This document shows positions 41,301 to 52,207 of a DNA stretch of 64,000 nucleotides, one piece after another. The position numbers and the translations under genes were made by a program. The notes below the pieces were generated by a model. The model ran no database searches, was not told the origin of the DNA, and worked only from the letters and a program-made list of their open reading frames with translations. Location: assembly GCA_044892505.1 (NCBI GenBank), contig CM097883.1:440572001-440636000 (forward strand). Direction: 5' to 3'. Positions within the stretch are counted from its first letter, which is position 1. The number at the start of each line of letters is the position of its first letter. This stretch comes from Schmidtea nova. Its lineage: Eukaryota.

Positions 41301-43048
41301 TAAAGAATAACTCTTATTTAACTCAAATTTTGGGCTCTGACTTTTTCAAATATTTTAATAAACACTTTAAAAAGATTTTGCTGAAAATTGGTTTTGAACG
41401 GGAAAAAATATTCTTTGATCTTTTGATAAGAAAATGAAAAAATAAATGTAAGTGTAAAAAGGTCAAGGATACCAAAAATTAATTTTTTAAGAGATTAATA
41501 AAATCGCCACTCATATAACACCAGTTCTATATATTTCGAAACACTCGCTGCCATATCTGCTATCTAGAAAAAAGTGTTAAATTCAATTGATTGAAACATT
41601 ATAAAATTTAAAAAGTTTTATTTTTTAAAATATTAATTCAAAAATTAATTTTTAAGTTATTAACAAAATTACAATTACAGTCGTGCCGGTTTAAAGTCAG
41701 ATTTGATAGGAATTCCACAATTAATACGATTTATGTCAAATACGACTTATATCAAATAGATTGTTTTTACCGTATTATTTGTTTATCGTTGATTTAATAT
41801 AGAAGAAGAATGAATGACTTTTCATTTAATTTTCAGCGTCGACATCATCCAAGGACACAGTTCAACATCTCTTGATGGAACTCTTTTGTGAATCGGCTGG
41901 TTTTTCCACTGTTTTAACTATCTTCTCTTTGTTTTTTAACACGTCGTTTAACGTTTGAGGTTTCATATTATGAAGAGCAGTAACATCTTTCTTCGTAATA
42001 TTCGGGTGTTCTTAAACAAACTTTATGATCTTATATTTTTCATCGTACATCTTAGTCTGCAACTTGCGTTTTTCATCCATTATGAATGGATTATATAATC
42101 AAAAAAAGTGTTCTACTGTAAGACTTCTAAAGCAATCACATATTTGAAAAATTAAGAAAACACAATTTATATAATTTCTAAGTGTATTTATTAAAAGAAA
42201 CTAATTATCAAATTTATAATTACAATTGTATTAAAGGTTTTTTCTGGATGCCTGAAGTTGGCAGGGAGTCTGTTGATATATGCAGTACGGTTATATAAAT
42301 GGTCTTTTTCATTAATTACATCTTTGGAATGCTTCTTTAAGTATTTTTAAGAAATGTTATTAAAATTTGATTGTAAAATTAATTGTTTATTAATAATGAG
42401 TGAAATACTAATGAAAATTTAATTTTTAGTTTTTGAAACATTTAACCAAAAAAGTATGTTAAATTGATTTGTTTTATTAGTATTGCTTACATGTTTCTGT
42501 TATTAAATGCTCATGAAATGCCAAAATTTTTATTTATTTTCTTTCTTTATTAATTTTGATCATCTCGATTTTTGATTGGGAATTCGTACGCATTTTAGAT
42601 TTGGTATTTAATTCTAGATAATAGATTCATACTCCATCACTTTTTCGTTTTCTGAACATTTTCTGAACATCAATCATCTCTTTTTTAAATCTTTTAAAGA
42701 ATTATCTTCTCTTTTTTTATTAACCAGAATTAATTAAGGCCTAAAACCAATTGTTAAATTACAGTTCGATTTAGGTTAAATTTATTTTGAATTTACTGAA
42801 AGATAATTGTTAAATTTATAGCTATCATTGGAAAACTTTTATTCCGAAGTATCAGTCGGTGACAAATTTGAAGATTCCGAGAAAGCACCAGTAAAAAATT
42901 CCGAAAATAAAGCTTTATCTACTGGCAAATTACATTGGGCATCAAAATCACGAAAATATAGTGGTAGTTCAAAAGAATTAGTTCATGCTAGTAGTCATAT
43001 CGGAATAGATGGGGAGGTATGAATTATTATTATTATTATTATTATTTT

Positions 43049-43079
<31 letters not shown>

Positions 43080-46000
43080 TTATTATTATTAATATCAATA
43101 ATTCCCATAATGGGTGACTATAGATTAAAATTTCTGTAAATAAGTACACAATATTTCGGCACAGCATTTATCAAGTGTAATACACACTTGATAAAGGCGG
43201 TGCCGAAATATTGTGTACTTATTTAAAGAAATCTTGATCTATAGTCATCCATTATGGGAATTATTGATATCAATAATAAAAAAAGGTCAAAACTGAAATA
43301 AAAAGANNNNNNNNNNNNNNNNNNNNNNNNNNNNNNNNNNNNNNNNNNNNNNNNNNNNNNNNNNNNNNNNNNNNNNNNNNNNNNNNNNNNNNNNNNNNNN
43401 NNNNNNNNNNNNNNNNNNNNNNNNNNNNNNNNNNNNNNNNNNNNNNNNNNNNNNNNNNNNNNNNNNNNNNNNNNNNNNNNNNNNNNNNNNNNNNNNNNNN
43501 NNNNNNNNNNNNNNNNNNTTGTAGACTGCTTTATTTACAAATCAATAATAACTCTTGTAACTATTGGATTAATTCATTCCAACTCTTATAAATGTCGTAT
43601 TAATTTGTACTTCTACGATTTAAACAGATGTTGATTATAAATTAAATCTGAAATTTGTCAAATAATTTTAGGCAAATATTGGTGCTCATTTGTGTAATCG
43701 CCCGAAAAGCAAGCCCCACGTCAATAGCGACTGTCCAGACTCAATGAATTGTAAGTTTAATATTTTAATCCATTTATTGCATTGATCTGCATGTCGCAAC
43801 TATTTTTTATCAGTCTGATTTTTCGTTTTACTATTTATCAATCATGTTCTTAATTATTTATTGACTTTCCTATCGTTTTTTTACTTGTAACATAAAATAT
43901 ATTTATCAAGTAAAATAAATTTGGTAAAATAGGTAAATATTCTAGATTGTGCAAATAAAATGTTGCTAATCATTTTCAAGGATGTGCCATGGTTTCGAAG
44001 GTTTTATAATAAAGCGATTGTCACATAACAAAATCTAACAACATTATTCAACCGTATTCCGAATCCTAATATTTGCAAATACTTTATCTATACTATTAAA
44101 CATTAGACATTGTTAGAGATATTTAATTAACTAATTTATAAATAACATATTGTATTATAAGTAATCAATTTTATTATATAGTCAAATTATAATAAGTATA
44201 AATGCTGGCACGCATAATTGTCGTTATTATTTAATTCATTAATTCGCCATTTTAAATTTGTTCGAATAAGACAAATTATTACGGAAGCAGTTTTTATTTG
44301 AATATAATTTAACAACAACAAATCTTTAATTATTAACAGACATATTAAAAACGCAAGATTTCCAAAGCTCTATACAATAAAATGTACATTAACGTTTTGA
44401 CCAAAATTAAAATTTTTAAGCAAATAACAAAATTGTTTTATATTTTTTACATTAAATAATTACACTTTTTATTTACCTACGAGAACACAATCAATGAATT
44501 CTGAATGTAAAATGCCGACTGCTTGCATTGCCAACTCGAATGTTATACAAATCACATAAATTTAAACTAATTTTGTTGGATGTATATGTCAGTGGTTCTC
44601 AGCCATTTTAAGATTACGACATCCTTATATTAATTATGATAAATTCATATTTTTATCATTTCAGATTTAAAAAAAAACAATCAATGACGCAGAATTGTTC
44701 TTTTAAAATTACTCCGTATAGCCAGCTCAATGTTAACTATAAATAATGAAGAAAACAAAGGAATAAATAAATTTGTTGAGTTTTTTGTTGAGTTCGTAGT
44801 ACCCCGGTTGAGAACCACTGGTATATATTATTAAAATAATTGATTTATTATTTACTATTTTTATAATCAACAATTTTTGTCGATCCATTTTCAGGCTTNN
44901 NNNNNNNNNNNNNNNNNNNNNNNNNNNNNNNNNNNNNNNNNNNNNNNNNNNNNNNNNNNNNNNNNNNNNNNNNNNNNNNNNNNNNNNNNNNNNNNNNNNN
45001 NNNNNNNNNNNNNNNNNNNNNNNNNNNNNNNNNNNNNNNNNNNNNNNNNNNNNNNNNNNNNNNNNNNNNNNNNNNNNNNNNNNNNNNNNTAGCAGCATTA
45101 AGTATTAAATTAATTAATAAATAAGTAACAAAATAAGCCTTTGCTGCAAAAATAATTTTATTAAATGAGAAAATTATTTTTCCAGCNNNNNNNNNNNNNN
45201 NNNNNNNNNNNNNNNNNNNNNNNNNNNNNNNNNNNNNNNNNNNNNNNNNNNNNNNNNNNNNNNNNNNNNNNNNNNNNNNNNNNNNNNNNNNNNNNNNNNN
45301 NNNNNNNNNNNNNNNNNNNNNNNNNNNNNNNNNNNNNNNNNNNNNNNNNNNNNNNNNNNNNNNNNNNNNNNNNNNNNNNNNNNNNNNNNNNNNNNNNNNN
45401 NNNNNNNNNNNNNNNNNNNNNNNNNNNNNNNNNNNNNNNNNNNNNNNNNNNNNNNNNNNNNTTTGATCTTTTTTTATTATTATTATCAATAATTCTCATA
45501 ATGACTATAGATCAAAATTTTTTTTTATAAACAATAACACAATATTTCGGCACAGCCTTTATCAAGTGTGTATTTCTATCGTTATATTTACTTAATCCTA
45601 AATAGTAGCCTTAATTATTTTTTTAATATTTTATAATGATTTTATTGGATGAAAAAATTTATTTTAATTTTTTTGTGCGAATTGAATGTTGATGGACGGT
45701 TTGTATTTTTTTATGAAAAAAGTCTCGGAAGCTAATCTTTGTAATGAATTTTTGAATCCCTCTTGTAGGATCTGGCATTTTGTTTCTTCTATAGATGGAG
45801 TTGTTTTATGTACTTTTTCCCAGTGTTCGTAATAATTACTGGTTTTGATTTTAGTATGTTCATTAAGTCGGGTGCGAAAAGTTCTATGTGTTTCTCCTAT
45901 GTAAGTAGCGTCACATTTTTGAAAAGAAAGTTTATATACTATATTTTTGGAAAAGCAAAAGCATCGGGTTGTGGAACGGCAAAGACATTTATGTTTGGAG

Positions 46001-49000
46001 ATGTTGGAAATTGGTGGCTTTCGGAGTTGTGATTTTAACGGTGCGGAGGTTATGAATGTTGGACGGATGTGGATAGGCAAATCTGTTTGATTAAAAATGT
46101 TGGTGATTTTGTTGGCTGTAGTGTCATTTAGGAAAGGTAATCTTAGATATGTTGTGTGTTTGTTATTGTTATTGTGTTTCTGGCGTTTTCTATTGTTGCG
46201 TTTATTGTGGTATGGTTCGTTAAGGAAGTGTTTCTTTACAAATTTTGATCTATAGTCATTATGAGAATTATTGATAATAATAATAATTATTATTATTAAT
46301 ACTACTATTATTACTACTATTATTATACTACTCAAAAGTATAACCGTCAAAAATGGCAGACATTTGTTTAAATGTCAATTAAAATCCTGAATTCCGTGAT
46401 GCATTTAACTCCCAAAGACAATATTTATATATAACACACAGTCCATACGAAAAATGTTTTTTACTTTGAGATCGGAGCACAATCTATAAATTGAATTTTT
46501 TTAAATCAGATTATTTTTAATTCAATATTATTTAATATAATACATTATTATTATGATGATGANNNNNNNNNNNNNNNNNNNNNNNNNNNNNNNNNNNNNN
46601 NNNNNNNNNNNNNNNNNNNNNNNNNNNNNNNNNNNNNNNNNNNNNNNNNNNNNNNNNNNNNNNNNNNNNNNNNNNNNNNNNNNNNNNNNNNNNNNNNNNN
46701 NNNNNNNNNNNNNNNNNNNNNNNNNNNNNNNNNNNNNNNNNNNNNNNNNNNNNNNNNNNNNNNNNNNNNNNNNNNNNNNNNNNNNNNNNNNNNNNNNNNN
46801 NNNNNNNNNNNNNNNNNNNNNNNNNNNNNNNNNNNNNNNNNNNNNNNNNNNNNNNNNNNNNNNNNNNNNNNNNNNNNNNNNNNNNNNNNNNNNNNNNNNN
46901 NNNNNNNNNNNNNNNNNNNNNNNNNNNNNNNNNNNNNNNNNNNNNNNNNNNNNNNNNNNNNNNNNNNNNNNNNNNNNNNNNNNNNNNNNNNNNNNNNNNN
47001 NNNNNNNNNNNNNNNNNNNNNNNNNNNNNNNNNNNNNNNNNNNNNNNNNNNNNNNNNNNNNNNNNNNNNNNNNNNNNNNNNNNNNNNNNNNNNNNNNNNN
47101 NNNNNNNNNNNNNNNNNNNNNNNNNNNNNNNNNNNNNNNNNNNNNNNNNNNNNNNNNNNNNNNNNNNNNNNNNNNNNNNNNNNNNNNNNNNNNNNNNNNN
47201 NNNNNNNNNNNNNNNNNNNNNNNNNNNNNNNNNNNNNNNNNNNNNNNNNNNNNNNNNNNNNNNNNNNNNNNNNNNNNNNNNNNNNNNNNNNNNNNNNNNN
47301 NNNNNNNNNNNNNNNNNNNNNNNNNNNNNNNNNNNNNNNNNNNNNNNNNNNNNNNNNNNNNNNNNNNNNNNNNNNNNNNNNNNNNNNNNNNNNNNNNNNN
47401 NNNNNNNNNNNNNNNNNNNNNNNTATTTATTATTTTTAATTAAAATTTTTTATTGATACATAATTGACAAACGAATTCTAGATGAGTTGTGTAACACAAT
47501 TAATCCTTATTCAATGAATCCAGAAACAAATGGATGTAATGCAATCAATTCTGACATACGAGTGCAAACCAACGGGGAAATCAAAACAGTTCAGCCAATC
47601 GAGGAAAGCAAACCGAGCTACTTATTAACTGATCGGCAGTTAGCAAATATTAACAATATCAACAGTTCGTGCGCCCAGAATGAAACTAGCAATTGGTCAA
47701 ATAAAGAAGACCACAAACTACTTTCACCACAAATTCCCGCAGAATCCAATATTAATAATGTTGAGGTTATTTACTAATTATTTTCTACAATATAATAATA
47801 ATCTTTAGTATTAACTAGATTATTTTTTACCATAATTCGTATTTATTTGTATGTAAAAACCTCTATGCTCATATATTCCCAAGCTCTTTTTGATATATTT
47901 CATCCAATTGAACTTGACTCTTTTAATATATTTTTTTCTTTTCTATGTTTACCACAAATCAATATTCCGAAAAGCTTTTTTCGCTGCCTACCTAAAGGTA
48001 AACCTTGCTAGTTTGGCCCAAGTTAGCTTTTGAGTTTGACACCCTTGGTGTAGGAGATAGATCAACAAAACTGTTTAAAATTCTGATCTTGCTATTTTGT
48101 ACAAAAACAAGAAAAATAAAGATTTTTAATACTTTATCAAATAAAAATTAACTATTGTTTTTACGATTTTTTATCTATGATTTTACGCTATGGATCAATA
48201 TTTTTAATTGTTTTACACAGATTTTCTTTTTTTTGTGATCTTTATTTAGACATAAACCATCTGGATATTTGGTAAAGCCAGGAGAACCGGAGTAGCGTAG
48301 AATTTTTACATTCGCGATTTGGTAAAAATGTAAATTGGCTAACCTATTCTTTATTCAATAACATTCTCATAGTTTCCCGATATTCGTCAGGCGAAAAGTT
48401 GCAATTGTTGTTATTATTTATAACATGATCCTCGTAAAAGCAACAAAAGACTACGCAGTTGTATCCATCTTTTTGTTGTAGGAAACTGTCTTTCGTAATT
48501 GTAAAATCACTTCCAACTCGTATGAGCTCAGTTAATTTTTTTACTTCTGCTAATTGATTTTGACCTTGTGGATCATATTGCAATATTTCAGAGGTTGCTA
48601 TGTTGACCTGAAATGCAATCTGGAAGTTTTGAACATTTTTAAATGGGGTGTAAAAATTCTACCCCGTAAAAGAGATGCTTATATGGGCGGAAATTTCAAC
48701 TGTACATGTGTTAGGACCGTTAAACCATACATCTAAAAGCATTCGGTCCGTCATGCTCTATATCACGTCATATCAAAAAAAGAAAAATTTTCACCAACCC
48801 AAAGTTGAGGTTAACAATCTCTAAAACACCATGGCAAACCAGATATTTTGTCTAAAAACTTGCTACCTTGCTATATACATTTTGTACTTTTTTAATCAAA
48901 CACAAATGTTCAAAATATGACAACGATGTTTGTTATAATCTAAATTGTATACAAGTATTTTCTCACAAAAAACAGCTACCAAATCGCCAATGTAAAAATT

Positions 49001-52000
49001 CTACAGCGTAGTAAAAATTCTACGCTACACCGGTTTTATTATTTTGGATAGGAAAAATATGTTGGTTTTATTTCCATCTATTATTGTCAGTATCATTGCT
49101 CATTCAGCTGAAGATTGATTTGCAAAGTTTAAAGGCCAAACATGAAATTTTGGTACACCTCATAAAATCTTTCCAAGGACCCCCCAAATTTAAAGACCTT
49201 CCTTATATCCCCTAAAATATATTTGACTTCTCCCAACCTTTTTTAAATTTCTTGATTTTTCGCTGATTTCCTTAATGGATTTACAAGATTTGTAGATTGT
49301 TCGATTCGGAATTACTTATCCTACAAGTTGACATAAAAAAAGTTGACATCTTTAAAACATTTTTATTTTTATTTTTATTTTCACCTTCAACTTTTTCTAT
49401 TCGAAATAATCAAGTCGACAATTTAAGCATGTTAGATGTTTTAGAAAGTATTTTATTAAAATTCAATAAGTAGTAAATTTATTAATAAAAACCTGAATTG
49501 TGTGAATTAATTAGATTAATGCCTGTCAACAGCGGAAAAGATGAGGTAATGGTGAAAACTGTACCAAATAATAAATTGTTTTGATTGTTTATCATGACAG
49601 ATGGAAGAATTATAGATACGGAATGTTAGAAAGTCAGATGGAAGTTACAAATAGACGANNNNNNNNNNNNNNNNNNNNNNNNNNNNNNNNNNNNNNNNNN
49701 NNNNNNNNNNNNNNNNNNNNNNNNNNNNNNNNNNNNNNNNNNNNNNNNNNNNNNNNNNNNNNNNNNNNNNNNNNNNNNNNNNNNNNNNNNNNNNNNNNNN
49801 NNNNNNNNNAAAACTAACTAAATCAACTAGGTTCACTAAGTCAAAAAACATAGTTTTTAGTAAATCGATATTTAAGAAGTTTGTGTATCTGAAGGTAGTA
49901 TTCGGTTTTTTGACAATGTAACTATTATTAAATTCAGTTGTATTTTTGCCTTTGGAAAATTATATAATAAGTGTACATGCTAAATTTATCGAATAATAGT
50001 TTAAATATAGCGATTATTACGAAAAGCTTTTCCTTTTTACTCTTTTTCCTTTTTTTCTTTTCATTATTCCTTTTACTATTTTACTTTTTCCTTCTTTTGT
50101 ATTTTGTATTTGATTATTTGAATATACAAGTTAAATTTATTGACTAATAGTTATATTAAATTTTTATTTAATTTTTTTTGAATATTTTTGTAACATTTTG
50201 ATGCTAACTTTTAGAGTACATGTTTCAGAATCAAACTAAATCCAGCAAGCGAAACAGTGGAAAATTAAAAAAAATTACAGGGGTCAATTTATTTAGGGAG
50301 GTTTACCAAAAATTTCACTCACTCACTCACTCACACACACACACATATATATATATAAAAAGGATGTATTAGAAACTTCTAATAAATTTTTTTTTGAGAA
50401 GGATTGAGATTTCTTTGCAATAATTTAAAAATTTATGATGGTACTTTGTATAAAATGGATCAGCCAAGATCTTTGATGCAAGGCCTCTAGGTTCCAGCTA
50501 CTTAACTTTACTCTTTGCAATTGATTTTTGCGTCCGTGTAGACTTAAATGTTTTCATGGAGCAAATAAAGTTCTAATTTTCAGCTTTTGTCTTAATTTAC
50601 TGATCATATTGTTATAGGAATTTAAGTTTATTATGCACTCAATGAAATCTGTCTTCAAAATATTTTTGAAATTCTAGACCGTCCTCAACATTACACATTC
50701 ATGATTTGAAATCCCTCAATGGAATTCTTTCAAGACATCTTTAAAATTTATACAAATATATAACATAAATTCTAANNNNNNNNNNNNNNNNNNNNNNNNN
50801 NNNNNNNNNNNNNNNNNNNNNNNNNNNNNNNNNNNNNNNNNNNNNNNNNNNNNNNNNNNNNNNNNNNNNNNNNNNNNNNNNNNNNNNNNNNNNNNNNNNN
50901 NNNNNNNCCTTTGATCTTTTTTTATTATTATTATCAATAATTCTCATAATGACTATAGATCAAATTTTTTTTATAAACAATAACACAATATTTCGGCACA
51001 GCCTTTATCAAGTGTGTATTTCAATATATATATATATATATATATACGTTTATATGTATTATTTGTCTCATTATTTTTGTAATACAAAGAATAAAATAGT
51101 TTTTCTTTTCGTTTAATTATACAAATTTAGTGGAAACGTTTTGGGGTTCCGCAACAAAATAAGTTTGAGATCGCTGCATTAAATTAATTATTCCTTAATT
51201 ATTTTCTTTCTCTAGGTAAAATATCAAATTTCTTAAGTTTTGTTAATCGTCTATTTGTAACTTCCATCTGACTTTCTAACATTCCGTATCTATAATTCTT
51301 CCATCTGTCATGATAAACAATCAAAACAACAATTTATTATTTGGTACAGTTTTCACCATTACCTCATCTTTTCCGCTGTTGACAGGCATTAATCTAATTA
51401 ATTCACACAATTCAGGTTTTTATTAATAAATTTACTACTTATTGAATTTTAATAAGTCAATTTTTGAGTTTTTGTTGAGGGCTTCATTTATCCAGCACAA
51501 TAGCTATTGAGTATGACTTTTTACCGAGAATTTACCGTGCAGATGAAGTATGGCTGTTCTTATGATACGGTAGATTGTATTGGTAACTGTAAATCACGAT
51601 TTTCTTTTCATTATTATTTATTGTACCAATTTGGAATATTTCCCATTGAAATTTATTCTCCATAAACTAGGTGAAAACTGTTAGTACAAAACATTCTGAC
51701 CACATAGAACGATTAGAAATTGGAGCCGGTGGAGCGACAGTTAAATCGAGTTTAGCCCATCCGTTTAAAAACAAACCTCACGGTCATCATCATGGGCATA
51801 GTCATGATTTGAGTAGTGTTAAAGCGATCGCATACACAGTCATTGCCGGAGACGGACTTCATAATTTCTGTGACGGAATAGCAATCGGAGCGGCATTTGC
51901 AAATGACATTGGAGGTGGCTTATCAACTGCTATAGCGGTCCTCTGTCATGAATTACCCCACGAACTTGGTAATAATTTAGTCCTCCTATCGGTCAAATGT

Positions 52001-52207
52001 TTAAATTGACATTTTTCAGGAGATTTTGTGGTGTTACTTCATGCTGGAATGTCACTTAAGACTGCGATTTTCTATAACCTAATGTCGAGTATGTTTTGTG
52101 CAATCGGTATGGTAATCGGTGTTCAGTTGGGTAAATTGCCATCTATTTCCAGCTGGATATTTATGCTCACCGCTGGGATGTTTCTCTACATTGCTTTAGT
52201 CGATATG
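17398..52207 (+). CDS. LIV-1 family zinc transporter (SLC39A6/SLC39A10-like), 10 coding exons found, 3' incomplete
   Basis: Phase-consistent GT-AG exons: 17398-17470 (signal-peptide-like), 27235-27482 (LSPEGFSSLIISLGL), 30279-30468 (ICPSLLVQ, PAL motif), 37158-37327 (ALAVGSLAGDALLHLIPH), 40464-40628, 42822-43016, 43672-43750, 47482-47765, 51671-51968 (HGHHHGHSH, GDGLHNFCDG, CHELPHELG), 52020-52207 (DFVVLLHAGM..AGMFLYIALVDM). The first exon and the loop exons are less certain; the terminal TM8 exon was not located. Confidence 0.9.
20317..21170 (+). mobile_element. Old, decayed 5'-truncated relative of PLE family A
   Basis: Colinear with 60729-61600 (tattctaaaagtttacatagcggccatatcctcccatggaa.., IRPTFMTYAPFKLQLRNPP, CFCFSKNIVYKL), with many stops, deletions and a broken ribozyme motif (acacactggataaa). 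Confidence 0.9.
21613..22145. mobile_element. Cluster of five PLE family A pseudo-LTR fragments forming two palindromes
   Basis: Arms (-)21613-21712, (+)21713-21820, (+)21841-21930, (-)21931-22024 and (+)22023-22145, each close to 61582-61716 and separated by (AAT)n. Confidence 0.92.
21714..21755 (+). ncRNA. Hammerhead-ribozyme-like motif (U3-A8 variant); mirror copy on the minus strand at 21672-21712
   Basis: Identical to 61583-61624. Confidence 0.65.
22320..22485 (+). repeat. Perfect 76-bp direct duplication (period 90 bp)
   Basis: gacttaaatattttatatttctgcactaaac...gttgaaaataaaagt occurs at 22320-22395 and 22410-22485. Confidence 0.9.
22995..23820. mobile_element. Old ~300-bp-arm palindrome, probably a head-to-head pair of PLE 3' ends (family C)
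   Basis: Arms ~22995-23301 and ~23512-23820 are reverse complements. Each carries a CUGANGA..GAAAUAUAU motif pointing outward. The spacer reads KRKI*ES..NLLKP on the minus strand, like a GIY-YIG C-terminus. Confidence 0.65.
23742..23785 (+). ncRNA. Decayed minimal hammerhead-like motif (canonical C3-G8); mirror copy at 23027-23070 (-)
   Basis: CTGACGA-t-gagaa/tgagt/ttctc-GAAA-TATAT-T; the mirror copy has CTGATGA. Stem II and the palindromic stem III are good, stem I is poor. Confidence 0.5.
27800..28275. repeat. AT-rich minisatellite, ~149-bp period, about 3 copies before an N block
   Basis: tttatgaaatttt recurs at ~27930, 28079 and 28228 with similar flanks. Confidence 0.8.
28650..29960 (-). 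mobile_element. Decayed PLE family B copy (RT thumb, GIY-YIG, 3' UTR) interrupted by an 18S rRNA fragment
   Basis: The minus strand reads YKRNMMRGLINRSWFLSST..DKLVELLMK [18S] TIDKFINNF..LTMVLPYSEGF..CNVTYIEKIARQL*IRV..CEALLIRALNPKIN. A degenerate CTGAAGA-t-gaca..tgtc-aAAATATAT motif lies at ~28674-28714. Confidence 0.85.
29514..29761 (+). pseudogene. 18S (SSU) rRNA fragment, 3' region
   Basis: Universal motifs GCAATAACAGGTCTGTGATGCCCTTAGATGT, AACGAGGAATTCCTAGTAAGCGC and GATTACGTCCCTGCCCTTTGTACACAC(a)GCCCGTCGCTACTACCGAT. Only ~250 bp, with a substitution in a universally conserved block and an apparently shortened V8. Confidence 0.95.
30816..32031 (+). mobile_element. Deleted, decayed piggyBac transposon
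   Basis: TTAA on both sides and degenerate TIRs cccttatctgtag / cgaccgataacgg. Peptides GYHLYVDRYYTSVALA..TGTIRTDRK..LSWRD, KPEVI..GGMDRA..RKSLKWWR and a Cys-rich C-terminus. Confidence 0.88.
32230..33350 (+). mobile_element. Highly decayed Gypsy pol remnant
   Basis: LHNMCHPRTLATIRLIKSQYLWPRI resembles the integrase zinc-binding region, and NQVADCL resembles the RNase H end. Boundaries are approximate. Confidence 0.55.
32886..33022. mobile_element. hAT MITE
   Basis: TIRs cagcggttctcaaa / tttgagaacctctg; TSD gtgtagac / gcgtagac. Confidence 0.85.
33359..33910. mobile_element. hAT MITE
   Basis: TIRs cagtgtttccc / gggaaacactg; TSD ctatagac / ctctagac. Confidence 0.85.
35195..35294 (-). mobile_element. 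PLE family A pseudo-LTR fragment
   Basis: Reverse complement of ~61595-61698 with small indels; the 3' end abuts an N block. Confidence 0.85.
37900..38395 (-). mobile_element. Tigger/pogo-like remnant
   Basis: The minus strand reads ATDRVSELFNDT*LTHFHNILK..KQTSLDR and has a TIR-like tgtggtacctcgacatacgag end. Confidence 0.6.
38652..39321. mobile_element. hAT MITE
   Basis: Perfect TIR cagaggttcccaaact / agtttgggaacctctg, gtgggtc subterminal repeats, TSD atttatga / atttatgt. Confidence 0.9.
40775..40816 (+). ncRNA. Diverged hammerhead-like motif (U3-A8) with structure-preserving changes
   Basis: tttaaacac-TTGAAAA-a-ggc/agt/gtc-GAAA-TATT-gtgttaaa. An inverted pseudo-LTR scrap lies at ~40717-40741. 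Confidence 0.6.
41678..42295 (-). mobile_element. pogo/CENP-B-like remnant (N-terminal HTH)
   Basis: The minus strand reads RKLQTKMYDEKYKIIKFV*EHPNITKKDV..KPQTLND; the left end is ta-cagtcgtgccgg. Confidence 0.5.
43085..43306. mobile_element. Head-to-head pseudo-LTR palindrome (family A subfamily) within (ATT)n just after a ZIP donor site
   Basis: Minus arm 43085-43178 and plus arm 43179-43306. The plus arm has an intact motif acacac-TTGATAA-a-ggc/ggt/gcc-GAAA-TATT-gtgt. Confidence 0.9.
44590..44820. mobile_element. hAT MITE
   Basis: TIR cagtggttctca / tgagaaccactg; TSD gtatatgt / gtatatat. Confidence 0.85.
45462..46287 (-). mobile_element. 5'-truncated PLE family A copy (endonuclease half + pseudo-LTR) with an inverted tail fragment at its 5' end
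   Basis: 45462-46240 is near-identical to the reverse complement of ~60917-61695 (one Cys changed to Phe in SCQKC). 46241-46287 is a plus-strand pseudo-LTR tail running into (AAT)n. Ribozyme motif at 45533-45574. Confidence 0.95.
48291..49029 (-). mobile_element. Internally deleted Ginger1-type DNA transposon with a Ulp1/C48 protease fragment
   Basis: TIRs (a/t)gtagcgtagaatttttac..gcgatttggta at both ends, flanked by a CCGG TSD (48287-48290, 49030-49033). ORF 48344-48583 contains YDPQG..QQKDGYNCVVFCCFY. Confidence 0.8.
49453..51455. repeat. Near-perfect ~205-bp inverted repeat pair
   Basis: 49453-49658 is the reverse complement of 51248-51455 except for a 3-bp indel. Confidence 0.9.
50908..51022 (-). 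mobile_element. Solo PLE family A pseudo-LTR fragment (ribozyme motif 50979-51020 plus tail)
   Basis: Near-identical to the reverse complement of 61581-61696. The 5' end stops 2 nt beyond stem I and is followed by (TA)n. Confidence 0.9.

Noticed and set aside
46553-47443. Long ORFs made mostly of X (also at 7.2, 12.9, 14.3, 25.7, 26.6, 34.8, 35.5, 44.9, 49.6, 50.8 and 55.9 kb)
   Set aside because: Artefacts of reading through N runs.
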